Source: Candidatus Latescibacterota bacterium
GTDB lineage: Bacteria > Latescibacterota > UBA2968 > UBA8231
Assembly: GCA_965217585.1 (NCBI GenBank)
Contig: OZ244561.1
Span: 3,552,001 to 3,616,000 of the forward strand
Reading direction: 5' to 3'
Length of the DNA stretch: 64,000 nucleotides
Part shown: positions 20,801 to 29,159 of the stretch, in pieces
Position numbering within the stretch: the first letter of the stretch is position 1
Layout of the letters: each line of letters begins with the position of its first letter
The notes under the pieces: generated by a model
Database searches by the model: none
Told to the model about the DNA's origin: nothing
What the model saw: only the letters and a program-made list of their open reading frames with translations
Made by a program: the position numbers and the translations under genes

Positions 20801-21093
20801 CGGTAGCGCTTCAGTTGCGTGTCTTTCTCGACAAGATCTAAGGGTACGCCGACATCCTTGCATTCGACATGGCCGATGGGTACCCCTCCCCGCTCGACGA
20901 TAAAATCGGGCGCACCGCAAGCGATGCGCTTAGGCTCATTGAGGGCACGGACTTGTTGGCCACCCAACCCCTGAATCAGATTCTCAAGGGCCGAGCGGTA
21001 GCTATGCTCGGTCGCCTGCTTGGTAGCAAAGGTAGTCTTCAGGCTATTGCAATACGCCTGGAGAGGACTGCTAAGGGCCTGTTTTGTCGTCAT
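17827..21093 (-). CDS. Single-chain restriction-modification enzyme (nuclease + N6-adenine MTase + Type ISP-like specificity domain, no helicase) with antitoxin-like C-terminal tail
   Basis: GAPDF..VECKD nuclease motif; GVYYTP; DPAAGTGTF; GNPPY; YRPFD; DFPRVP; IGGYQ..KWLKDR; tail YLRGLYQTMSEEWTSPEDEEAWRDL. Confidence 0.85.
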   Translation of the reverse strand: MTTKQALSSPLQAYCNSLKTTFATKQATEHSYRSALENLIQGLGGQQVRALNEPKRIACGAPDFIVERGGVPIGHVECKDVGVPLDLVEKDTQLKRYRESLPNLILTDYLEFRWYVEGDLRLKARLAHIDSRDRIAIDQAGTRQVAELFTAFFDADPQSIGRPRELAERMAAKARLLRDSIERIFAQEAQAGPLHSMLTGYREVLIAGLSEADFADLQAQTAAYGLFAARCRHEPANGPFTRQSAAFAETTPFLRDVFGRIAGPGMDERIAWIVDDLAYLLDRADMASILSEFGKKTRQEDPVVHFYEDFLAAYDPHLREMRGVYYTPEPVVSYIVRSVDHLLRDRFGLADGLADTATVASENGGSPRPRVMILDPAAGTGTFLREVVATIRETIEAKGLGGAWPGYVQKHLLPRLFGFELLMAPYSICHLKLALEIGGTDRGFAMPTGERLNVFLTNALEGPDEGHSFPLFAPEIVREATSAYEAKQEKPVMVVMGNPPYSGHSANKSAWIAELIGSYKQGFPELERPAQAKWLSDDYVKFIRFTQWRIERTGEGVLGFVTNHSYLDNPTFRGMRRSLMETFDEIYLLDLHGNAKKKEQTPDGGNDENVFDIQQGVAIGLFVKCKDADNGPAKVFHADLWGEREAGPDGGKYGWLAANSAETTDWTELSPKPPLYLFIPRDEELIEEYEAAWSIPSIFSPNGDPAPGIVTTHDQFAISWTPEEAATKVERLLATSSEDEARAQWRLCSQNQWQYDRAKQELAGGSWRGQIKPVLYRPFDVRATVFDRNVAVHRRERVMRHMLAGPNLGLCVGRAGQVIGSDTWEIVFASKFSSDLNLFRRGGNCLFPLYIYSTKKSARVGERRVPNLNSDFVKAFSSATTLDFIPEGTGDLKTTFGPEDVLHYLYAVLHSPEYRRRYADFLKSDFPRVPVTNCGALFESLAAFGKRLTALHLMEANDGETPAFPVAGDNRVEKVRYAPSQKRVWINSEQYFDGVAPDTWEFTIGGYQSAEKWLKDRKNRTLSYDDIAHYRRLCAALAETPRIMASIDKTIDAYGGWPLVQDDYLRGLYQTMSEEWTSPEDEEAWRDL

Positions 21094-21114
21094 ATCAAGT
21101 TCCCCTTTGCAACA

Positions 21115-21999
21115 CTACGATAGCCCGCACTTCCGCTTGGCCGCCCACACGGTATTGTAGAGCAACAGCGCGATCGTCATTGGCCCGACTCCGTTGGGCA
21201 CGGGCGTGATCGCGCGGACCTTGGGGCGCACCTGTTTGTAATCCACGTCGCCGACGAGTCGCCAGCCGCGTTCGCGCGAGGGGTCGTCCACTTGGTTGAT
21301 GCCCACGTCGATTACTACAGCCCCTTCTTTGACCATATCCGTCGTGATCCCGCGAGGAAATCCAGCCGCCACCACTAGGATGTCCGCTTGGCGCGTGAAG
21401 TGCCCGAGGTCGCGGGTGCCGGTGTGGCACAAGGTCACTGTGGCATTGGCCCCGGCCGCCTTGTGCCCCAGCAAGATGGCTACGGGCCGCCCCACGAGCG
21501 TGCTCCGGCCGACCACGACCACGTGCTGGCCGTCCACCTCGATTCCACTGCGGCTGAGGATCTGCAAGACCCCGTGCGGCGTACAGGGCCAAAAGCACTC
21601 CTCCTGTCGCACGAGGCGGCCCAAATTGACCGGGTGCAAGCCATCGACATCCTTGTTTGGGTCAATGGCGTTGAGGACTTGTTGCTCGTCTTGGCTCGGC
21701 AGTGGTAGCTGTATCAAGATGCCGTGGATCGCGTCGGCGGCGTTGAGCTGCTCGACAGTGGCTAGTACGTCCTCGGTCGCAATAGTGGCCGGCAGATCTA
21801 CTTGCTCGGAGTGAATTCCGAGGGCTTCGCAGGCTCGGCCCTTGGCTCGTACATAGGACTGCGAGGCTGGGTCGTCCCCCACCAGCACGACCGCCAAGCC
21901 CGGCACCAGACCGTGCTCCTGTTTCAGGTGCGCGATGTCCGTCCGCAGCTCTTCTTGCACTTGGGCCGCAATCGCCCGGCCATCGAGTCGCTCGCCCAT
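21115..21999 (-). CDS. folD: Methylenetetrahydrofolate dehydrogenase/cyclohydrolase
   Basis: LDGRAIA, KDVDGLHP, PCTP, GRSTLVGRP, IDVGIN, TPVPNGVGPMT; TAATG coupling to serS. Confidence 0.95.
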   Translation of the reverse strand: MGERLDGRAIAAQVQEELRTDIAHLKQEHGLVPGLAVVLVGDDPASQSYVRAKGRACEALGIHSEQVDLPATIATEDVLATVEQLNAADAIHGILIQLPLPSQDEQQVLNAIDPNKDVDGLHPVNLGRLVRQEECFWPCTPHGVLQILSRSGIEVDGQHVVVVGRSTLVGRPVAILLGHKAAGANATVTLCHTGTRDLGHFTRQADILVVAAGFPRGITTDMVKEGAVVIDVGINQVDDPSRERGWRLVGDVDYKQVRPKVRAITPVPNGVGPMTIALLLYNTVWAAKRKCGLS

Positions 22000-23360
22000 T
22001 ACGCGCCTTTCGGTTGCAGGACGCTTTTCTGCACAACCCGTTGCAGGGCTTCGGGGACCTGTACTGTGCCGTCGGGTTGTTGATAGTTGTCCAGAATGGC
22101 GATCAGCAGTCGGCCCATCGCGCAACCTGTGTCGTTGACGAGGTGGCAAAACCCCCGCCCGCTCGCGCCCTTGTAGCGGATGTTCAAGCGCCGGGCCTGA
22201 TAGTCGGTGGCATTGGTGTCGGTCATTACCTCCATGAACTCGCCCGCCCCGGCCATCCACACTTCCATGTCTCGCTGCCGATGGCTGGCCAGATAGCCCG
22301 CGTCGCCGTGGCACTTATCGACGACCCGGTAGGGCAAGGCCAGCTTTTGCAGGAGCCATTCGTTGATTTGGCCGAATTCCTCGTACAGGGCCGCGGACTG
22401 ATCGGGCAGGCACACGGCGTTCATTTCGATTTTATCGAATTGGTGCATGCGCTTGATGCCCTTCACGTCTTGGCCCCAAGACCCGGCTTCCGAGCGAAAG
22501 CAGGCCGTATAGGCGAAGAGCTTGACGGGTAGCTCGGCTGCGTCCAAGGTCTGCTCCATGAAGTAGCTGAAATTGGCCGGCTCGGACGATCCGACGAGGA
22601 AAAGCTCAGCCCCTTCTTCTACGTTATCGGTCTTGATGGCATAGACTTGGTCGCGCCCTTCGGGAAAGTGCGAAGTGCCGTACAGCGAGCGCTCCCGCAC
22701 TAGGAGAGGCGGCACGAACATCTCGTACCCGCGCGCTAAAAGCTCGTCGATGAGGAGCTGGCTCAGGGCGTATTGCATCCGCGCGACATCGCCGCGCAAA
22801 TAGGCAAAGCGCGAGCCGGAGACTTGGCCGCCCTGCAAGGTGTCGATGCCACCTAATTTGACGCCTAGCTCTGCGTGGTGCAGCGGCGCAAAGGCGTCGT
22901 CTTGGGCGTGTAGCGGGCGCTTGGGCATGTACTGGGCACTGGTGTTCCCGCGGCCCAGTTTGTCGGCCGCTAGGTAGCCCTGCCCAGGAATCCAGGCATT
23001 CTCCTCGACGTTGTCCTCCTCACCCGCTCCGGCGGGCATGTCGGGATGCGGCCAGTTGGGAAACCAATCCATGATTCCCTGCCACTCGGTGACGACGGTT
23101 CCCAACTCGTGCTCCAGCACCCGCCCGCGCTCGCGCAACTCCCGCCCCTTTTCCCGCGCTGCGTCCGGGTCAGTGCGGCCGAGCCGCGCTAGTTGCTTTT
23201 TCTCGCTGTTGAGCGCGTCGATGTCTCGCTGCAGCTTTTGCCGCGCCGCGTCGAGGGCCAACCAGCGATCCACATTGGCTTTGGCCGGGTCAACCTTGCG
23301 CACTCGTATCGCCTCGCGCATGGCGTCGGGATTGGTGCGCACGGCCTTTGCGTCGATCAT
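21999..23360 (-). CDS. serS: Serine--tRNA ligase (divergent)
   Basis: N-terminal coiled-coil arm, CFRSEAG, RMHQFDKIE, DYQARRLNIRY, ILDNYQ..DG..VPEAL. Confidence 0.85.
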   Translation of the reverse strand: MIDAKAVRTNPDAMREAIRVRKVDPAKANVDRWLALDAARQKLQRDIDALNSEKKQLARLGRTDPDAAREKGRELRERGRVLEHELGTVVTEWQGIMDWFPNWPHPDMPAGAGEEDNVEENAWIPGQGYLAADKLGRGNTSAQYMPKRPLHAQDDAFAPLHHAELGVKLGGIDTLQGGQVSGSRFAYLRGDVARMQYALSQLLIDELLARGYEMFVPPLLVRERSLYGTSHFPEGRDQVYAIKTDNVEEGAELFLVGSSEPANFSYFMEQTLDAAELPVKLFAYTACFRSEAGSWGQDVKGIKRMHQFDKIEMNAVCLPDQSAALYEEFGQINEWLLQKLALPYRVVDKCHGDAGYLASHRQRDMEVWMAGAGEFMEVMTDTNATDYQARRLNIRYKGASGRGFCHLVNDTGCAMGRLLIAILDNYQQPDGTVQVPEALQRVVQKSVLQPKGA

Positions 23361-23456
23361 AGATTCTTGCTCTCAGTTTTGGGTCAAAAATGGGTTAAAA
23401 ATAAGAACGCCGCTGGCGCGAATCGTGGCAATATCGCGGGGGCCAAGGACCTTGTA

Positions 23457-24380
23457 TCAGCTTTTCGGAGCGATCTTTTGCAGCCACTGGTCCCTCCCAC
23501 CATAGGCGGCAAACACGGCTTCGAGCAAGAGCCGCACGGCTTGGCCAAAGTAGCGGCCCCGCCGCCAGGCCACGCCGATTTCGCGCTCAAAGGCCACGTC
23601 GCGCACATCCACTGTTTTGAGCGCGCCGCTCGCCAGTGACTCGCGGATGGTCAGTCGCGGCAAAAACGAGATGCCCACCCCGGCCTCCACCAACTTGCGC
23701 ATGGCCTCTGGGCTACGCAGTTCCATCACCGCGCCCGGCACCAGACCGGCTTCGGCGAGCTGTTCGTCAACTACCTTGCGCGAGACCGAGTCGGCGTGAA
23801 AGAGGATCAGAGGCTCTTCCACCACTTCGGCGAGGGCGACGGACTCGCACCGGGCGAAGCGATGCTCTGGCCCGACGACCAAGGGCATGTCGTCGCGGTA
23901 AATCGGCACGGCGTCGATTTTGGGATGGGTATAGGGCAGGTGGATCAGCGCAAATTCAGAGCGCTGGATCAGCAGATCGTCGATGAGGTAACGCGAGGGG
24001 GCGACTTGGGTCTTGAGCGCGACGCCTGGATAGCGGCGCATGTATTCTTTGAGAATTTCCGGTAGGAGATAGATGACGGCCGCGTCCACCGCCCCAAACT
24101 GAAAGCCCCCTCCCGGCTCTAGGTCGCTCCGCTGAAGCCGCTCGCCCGCCTCCTCCAGCAGGTCCTCGACTTGGACGGCATAACTCAGCAGCAGGCGGCC
24201 TTCAGTCGTCAGGGCCACGTGCCGATTGTCGCGGTTGAAGAGCTGGACCCCCATGCTCTTCTCCAGTTCCAAAACCGCGCTGGAAACCGTCGGCTGGGTC
24301 ACGTTCATCTGGCGCGCCGCTGGGGTAAAGCCGCCCGTGCGCGCCACGGCGAGAAAGTAGCGCAGGTGTTGCAGGTTCAT
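23457..24380 (-). CDS. LysR family transcriptional regulator
   Basis: MNLQHLRYF..TQPTVS..LE HTH plus substrate-binding domain. Confidence 0.9.
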   Translation of the reverse strand: MNLQHLRYFLAVARTGGFTPAARQMNVTQPTVSSAVLELEKSMGVQLFNRDNRHVALTTEGRLLLSYAVQVEDLLEEAGERLQRSDLEPGGGFQFGAVDAAVIYLLPEILKEYMRRYPGVALKTQVAPSRYLIDDLLIQRSEFALIHLPYTHPKIDAVPIYRDDMPLVVGPEHRFARCESVALAEVVEEPLILFHADSVSRKVVDEQLAEAGLVPGAVMELRSPEAMRKLVEAGVGISFLPRLTIRESLASGALKTVDVRDVAFEREIGVAWRRGRYFGQAVRLLLEAVFAAYGGRDQWLQKIAPKS

Positions 24381-24404
24381 GGACGCAGCGCGCCGTGTGC
24401 AGTG

Positions 24405-25286
24405 TTAGGTGGGCTGCGCGGCTTTCACCGATCCGAAGGTCGAGTGGCGCAATACGGTCTGGGTAGCGTAGATGGAGCCGCCGACCTTGGCCCCGGGCAT
24501 CGGCATGCTCACGGGCACGTCGGCGACGCGGATGTGCCGGCTCGGCTCGCCGCGCACGAAGGTCCGGCAGTAGCCCTCCCAGTCGGGCGCTGGTACCAAG
24601 GGCCAGGAATCGCCAGCGCAATACTGCAAGAGCAGGAGTCGGCGCGGATGCGGCGAGGTGTTGGGCAGGGAGCCGTGCAGGGCGCGGACGTGATGGATGG
24701 AGATGCCGCCGGCTTTTAGCTCGACCTTTTCGGCGGTGGAGTCGTCGAAATCCGTCGCGGTCACCGCACCGGCAAAATGGCCGTCGAGGTGGTGGTTGTA
24801 GATCGGCCCCTTGTGCGACTTAGGGATGACCAGCAAGCAGCCGTTTGTCTCGTTCATATCGTCGATGCACACCCCCACGGCGAGCAGGTCGTCGTTGGTG
24901 TGTGGATAAAAAGCCCAGTCCTGATGCCACTCCACCGGGCTGCCGAACTCACCGGATTTCATGTTGAGCTTGTCGCCGTTGGTGCGGATTCGCGGGCCGA
25001 TTAACTCGGCGACGATATCCACAATCCGCTCGTGGTGCAGGGTGCTGCGGTAGGTCTCGTGCTGGGCGACCGGGCTTTTGAGCCGCCGCAGCTTGGGGTT
25101 GTCGGGCGCGTGCCCCGGCTCCAAGTCGAATACGGGATCGCTTTCGGTGGCGGTCCGCGACTGCTCGACGAACTCGTTGGTGACCTGCCGCAGCGCCTCT
25201 ACTTCTCCGGGGGACAATACCCCCTCGACGCCGAGGTAGCCCTTTTCGTGGTAGCTGGCGATCTGTTCTTGTGTCAACATGGCCAT
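24405..25286 (-). CDS. PhyH-family Fe(II)/2-oxoglutarate dioxygenase
   Basis: YHEKGYL, WHQD, LHGS, RR. Confidence 0.9.
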   Translation of the reverse strand: MAMLTQEQIASYHEKGYLGVEGVLSPGEVEALRQVTNEFVEQSRTATESDPVFDLEPGHAPDNPKLRRLKSPVAQHETYRSTLHHERIVDIVAELIGPRIRTNGDKLNMKSGEFGSPVEWHQDWAFYPHTNDDLLAVGVCIDDMNETNGCLLVIPKSHKGPIYNHHLDGHFAGAVTATDFDDSTAEKVELKAGGISIHHVRALHGSLPNTSPHPRRLLLLQYCAGDSWPLVPAPDWEGYCRTFVRGEPSRHIRVADVPVSMPMPGAKVGGSIYATQTVLRHSTFGSVKAAQPT

Positions 25287-25293
25287 TTCTCCG

Positions 25294-26037
25294 TTATTTT
25301 AGCCTGAGTATTTCGCGCTGTTGCTCGGGTAATGCCTCGTAGATTTCGTCGCTGAAGCGCAGGTGCTGTCCGCCCCAGTCGGGCATATATCCTGTACTGT
25401 AGCAATAATATAGGGTCCGGCGAGGGCGACCGGAAGTATTGACCCGCGAGCCGTGGGTCAACGCCTCGGTAAAGATGATGGCGTCCCCGGCGGCTGCCGG
25501 CACTGCTTGTAGCGCCGGATTTTCGTCTGGGTGCTGGCCCCAAGGCCTAGGGAAGTTGCTTTTGTGAGCACCGGGGATTACTGAGAAACAACCGTCTTGC
25601 TCGGCGCAGTCGAGCAGGGGAAAGACCGCCTTAGTCAGGGTCGAGACCATCTGCCCGTTGCGGCAGTGATACTGACACTTGGGGATGATGGGCGTGCCGT
25701 GCATGTGCAGGCCAGTGTAGCCGCCGCCCCAGCGATAGATCGCATAGGTGTGGTTGAGTCGGTATGGCCCCCCGGTGACTGTGGCGACGACATCTAGGAC
25801 CGCGGGAATATCGATCAACGGGCGGAGGACTTCGTCCCCTTCGAGAATGTTTGAAATATAGAGGTTCTGCTGCGTGCGCTGGTCGCCCAAACACAGCGGT
25901 GGTGGGTAATCGGCCTCGTCCATAGTCTCGAAGCGGTCCAGAACCTGGTTGCAGGCGGCGACCACCGCTGCGGGCACGACGCCCTTGAGGACGATGTAGC
26001 CCTGCAAGTCGAAGAGGTACTGCTGTTGAGCATCCAT
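25294..26037 (-). CDS. PhyH-family oxygenase with non-canonical metal motif
   Basis: YLFDLQGY, IPGAHK, AGDAIIFTEALTHGS, RRTL; LHMHG in place of HxD. Confidence 0.8.
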   Translation of the reverse strand: MDAQQQYLFDLQGYIVLKGVVPAAVVAACNQVLDRFETMDEADYPPPLCLGDQRTQQNLYISNILEGDEVLRPLIDIPAVLDVVATVTGGPYRLNHTYAIYRWGGGYTGLHMHGTPIIPKCQYHCRNGQMVSTLTKAVFPLLDCAEQDGCFSVIPGAHKSNFPRPWGQHPDENPALQAVPAAAGDAIIFTEALTHGSRVNTSGRPRRTLYYCYSTGYMPDWGGQHLRFSDEIYEALPEQQREILRLK

Positions 26038-26203
26038 GGTGTGTTTCCTTTGCTGGTGTTGCACATTCTCGCGCTTAGTGCCTATCATCAACCCTTTATT
26101 TGAATGTGCGCTGACGGTTGGTACACAAAGCAAGAAATTGCCCCTTGCCGGATAATAGGGCAAGCAGCCGACCGGGCCGCGCCCAAATGGAGGGCCTGCA
26201 CTT

Positions 26204-26998
26204 GTGCCTGACGCCAATTACGATAATCCCTGGTGGCCGCTGATATACGACCCGTGGAACGAGCGGGGCGGAAGGCAGCAGACGCACGAGCGCGAGTTCC
26301 AATTCTACAGCATGCAGCTCGCCGGAGAGACGGGCCCGGTCCTCGAAGCGGCTTGCGGCACTGGTTCGATTCTGCTCCGCCTTTTGCGCCAGGGCGTTGA
26401 CATCAGGGGTTTCGATTGCGCCGCAGGGATGCTGGCCGTTTTGCGCCGCAAGGCAGCGGCCTTGGGGTTGGGCGATATCGACCGCCGCGTCTGTTGTCAA
26501 GACATGGTTGACTTCTGCTACGACCAGCCCTTTGCGGCCATCCTAATTCCGGCCAGCTCGTTCATGCTCTTGCCCAGCCAGGCAGCCCAAATCGCCTGTC
26601 TTGAACGCATCCGCGCCCATCTGGTGCCTGGTGGGCGGCTACTAATGAACTTCTACATCCCGTCGCTTGCCGGCGACCTGCTGGCCCACGTCGATCCGTC
26701 CCCGTCGCTGGAGGAATTCGGCGAATTCCCCCATCCTCAAACAGGCCGCCAAATCAGCGTCTGGTTCAAAAAGACCGTCGATCTGGGTGAGCAAACTGAG
26801 CACTACCAGTGGTTTTTTGCCTACGATGGAGAAACAGCGGCAGTGTCCATGACGGCGCGGTGGATCTACAAAGAAGAATTTCAGCTATTGCTGCGCCTAG
26901 TAGGATTTAGCCGCTGGCAGCTTTTTGGCACCCACGACGGCCAGCCGTACGCGGGTTCAAAAGAGACCGGGACGACGTACTGGGTCGTCGAGCGCTGA
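26204..26998 (+). CDS. Class I SAM-dependent methyltransferase
   Basis: VLEAACGTG, HLVPGGRL. Confidence 0.85.
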   Translation: MPDANYDNPWWPLIYDPWNERGGRQQTHEREFQFYSMQLAGETGPVLEAACGTGSILLRLLRQGVDIRGFDCAAGMLAVLRRKAAALGLGDIDRRVCCQDMVDFCYDQPFAAILIPASSFMLLPSQAAQIACLERIRAHLVPGGRLLMNFYIPSLAGDLLAHVDPSPSLEEFGEFPHPQTGRQISVWFKKTVDLGEQTEHYQWFFAYDGETAAVSMTARWIYKEEFQLLLRLVGFSRWQLFGTHDGQPYAGSKETGTTYWVVER

Positions 26999-27119
26999 GC
27001 GAATCAAGGCGATAAACGCCTCTGAAATCGGCTGCTGGTCGCCGCCAAAGCAGCTTGCATCCCCGCCCGCAATTACAGAAATTATGTCCGTTCATTGCAA
27101 GGAGAATTGAGGGCCTATT

Positions 27120-27608
27120 TTGCTAAACGCGCCGCGCAGAACGCTTAGTCTTTTCGTCCTGTTGTTTTTGACCTGGCTACTTTTGTCGGGCATTTACACG
27201 GGCCTGCTCTTGGGCTTGGGCGCTCTCTCGTGCCTTGTGGTCGTCGCCGTCTGCCGCCGCATGAAGATCATCGATCCCGAAGGGCACCCCAATCACCTGA
27301 TCCCCGGCCTACTGCGCTATATGCCTTGGCTCCTCTGGGCGATAGTCAAAGCCAATATCGATGTCGCGCGGCGGATCGTGCATCCTCGGCTGCCGATGGC
27401 ACCCCGCGTAATCCGAGTCGAGGCAAGCCAAAAAACCCACTTGGGGCAAGTCATTTACGCCAACTCCATCACCCTGACGCCGGGCACGGTCGCCGTTGAG
27501 ACCGACGAAGGCACCATTGATGTCCACGCCTTGACCCGCGAAGCCGCTGAGGACGTGCGCTCTGGGGCCATGGACAGCCGCGTAACCGACATGGAGGGGG
27601 AGAGCTAG
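27120..27608 (+). CDS. mnhE: Mrp/Mnh antiporter subunit E
   Basis: ANSITLTPGT, VHAL. Confidence 0.9.
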   Translation: MLNAPRRTLSLFVLLFLTWLLLSGIYTGLLLGLGALSCLVVVAVCRRMKIIDPEGHPNHLIPGLLRYMPWLLWAIVKANIDVARRIVHPRLPMAPRVIRVEASQKTHLGQVIYANSITLTPGTVAVETDEGTIDVHALTREAAEDVRSGAMDSRVTDMEGES

Positions 27609-27874
27609 TGTTCGCCGCGGCGATGATCGGGGTGCTGGCCACCATGCTGCTGGCCTTGGTTCGCGCCCTAAAAGGCCCCACCGTGTACGATCGCGTGCTC
27701 GCCGTCAATATGTTCGGCACCAAGACCGTGCTGCTTTTGTCGGTCATCGGCTTTTTGACCGGCCGGCCCGACTTTCTCGACTTGGGGCTGGTCTATGCGC
27801 TAATCAATTTCATCGGCACCATCGCCATCCTCAAATACGTCTCGACCGTTGGCGAGGAAGAGGCCCACGCCTGA
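27608..27874 (+). CDS. mnhF: Mrp/Mnh antiporter subunit F
   Basis: GPTVYDRVLA, YALINF. Confidence 0.9.
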   Translation: MFAAAMIGVLATMLLALVRALKGPTVYDRVLAVNMFGTKTVLLLSVIGFLTGRPDFLDLGLVYALINFIGTIAILKYVSTVGEEEAHA

Positions 27875-28188
27875 TGGAAGCACTGATCTACTATGCTAGC
27901 TGGGCCTGTCTGCTGTTGGGGGCTGGCTTTTGCTTCGTTGGCGGATTGGGTCTCCTGCGGTTGCCCGACTTCTACAGCCGCATGCACGGCGGCGGTGTCA
28001 CCGATACGTTGGGCGCAGGTTTGATCCTCTTGGGGCTTATGTTCCAGAGCGGCCTGTCGCTGACAACCGTCAAGCTGGTGATGATCGCGCTCTTCTTGCT
28101 GCTGGCCGGTCCCGTGGCCACCCACGCCATCGCCCGCGCGGCGCGGCACAGTGGGCTTGCGCCCCAAGGCACTGGGGAGGAACAGTGA
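27874..28188 (+). CDS. mnhG: Mrp/Mnh antiporter subunit G
   Basis: RLPDFYSRMH, PVATHAIARA. Confidence 0.9.
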   Translation: MEALIYYASWACLLLGAGFCFVGGLGLLRLPDFYSRMHGGGVTDTLGAGLILLGLMFQSGLSLTTVKLVMIALFLLLAGPVATHAIARAARHSGLAPQGTGEEQ

Positions 28189-29159
28189 CTGCGCTAATTG
28201 ACATCGACGTCGTGTTGATGACGTTCCTCGCCGTTATCGCCGTGGCCATTATCCAGGTGCGGGACCTTTTTGCTGCGGTAGTGCTCACCGGCATCTTCAG
28301 CCTGCTTTCGGCTTGTATCTTTACCTCGCTCGATGCAGTCGATGTGGCTTTCACCGAAGCGGCGGTGGGTGCTGGCTTGGCGACGGTCCTCTTCTTGGCT
28401 GCGCTCTCTTCGACCGGGCCTAGGGAAAAGACCCAACACCAACACTCTTGGAGCGGCCTCTGCGTGTGTCTCCTGACTGGCGGTGCGCTCATCTATGGTA
28501 CGCTGGATATGCCGCATTTGGGCGATCCTAACGCTCCGGTCCACCAGCACGTAGCCCCTCGCTATATCGCCGAGTCCCCCGAGGAAATTGGCATTCCCAA
28601 CATGGTCACCTCCGTGTTGGCCAGCTACCGGGGCTACGACACCTTGGGCGAGGTGACGGTGATTTTTACCGCTGGGCTAGCAGTGATCCTGCTTTTGCGC
28701 GGCAGCGGCGCTAGACTGGATGCGGCCGCCGACCAAGCGATGCGACACGCGATGATTCTCCGCGTCGTCTCCAAGCTCTTCATCCCGCTGATTCTGCTCT
28801 TTGCCCTCTACGTGCAGTTCCACGGCGACTTCGGCCCCGGTGGCGGTTTCCAGGCGGGCGTGCTCTTTGCCGCGGCCTTTATTCTTTACGCCTTAATCTA
28901 CGGGGTCGAGGAAGCGCGCCGAGTGGCCCCACCGGGCCGCGTTCAAGTCTTTTTCGCCTTGGGGCTCCTGCTCTACATCGGCACTGGTTTGGCCTGCCTC
29001 TTGGCCGGGGGCAATTTCCTCGAATACAAGGTGCTGGCCAACGAGCCTACCCACGGCGAGCACTACGGCATTTTGCTGATTGAGCTCGGGGTCGGCATCA
29101 CCGTCGCCGCAGTCGTCATTAACACCTTCTGCTACTTCGCCAGCCGAGGGCGGCCATGA
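28185..29159 (+). CDS. mnhB: Mrp subunit B (DUF4040 + MnhB)
   Basis: DVAFTEAAVG, NMVTSVLASYRGYDTLGE, PGGGFQAG. Confidence 0.85.
   Translation: MTALIDIDVVLMTFLAVIAVAIIQVRDLFAAVVLTGIFSLLSACIFTSLDAVDVAFTEAAVGAGLATVLFLAALSSTGPREKTQHQHSWSGLCVCLLTGGALIYGTLDMPHLGDPNAPVHQHVAPRYIAESPEEIGIPNMVTSVLASYRGYDTLGEVTVIFTAGLAVILLLRGSGARLDAAADQAMRHAMILRVVSKLFIPLILLFALYVQFHGDFGPGGGFQAGVLFAAAFILYALIYGVEEARRVAPPGRVQVFFALGLLLYIGTGLACLLAGGNFLEYKVLANEPTHGEHYGILLIELGVGITVAAVVINTFCYFASRGRP

Larger units (their letters stand above)
17312..21215. mobile_element. Putative defence islet inserted at the folD 3' end, no integrase encoded
   Basis: R-M and toxin genes bracketed by 83-bp direct repeats of the folD 3' end. Confidence 0.6.

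Noticed and set aside
21115-22314. N-terminal extensions in the ORF track (folD, glcF, 5196, 6266, 27930, 29080, 30642) suggesting fusions
   Set aside because: The extensions overlap the upstream gene; internal starts with RBS or stop-start coupling fit better
26999-27119. Small hairpins upstream of the Mrp operon as a possible sodium riboswitch
   Set aside because: Could not be matched to a known consensus by eye
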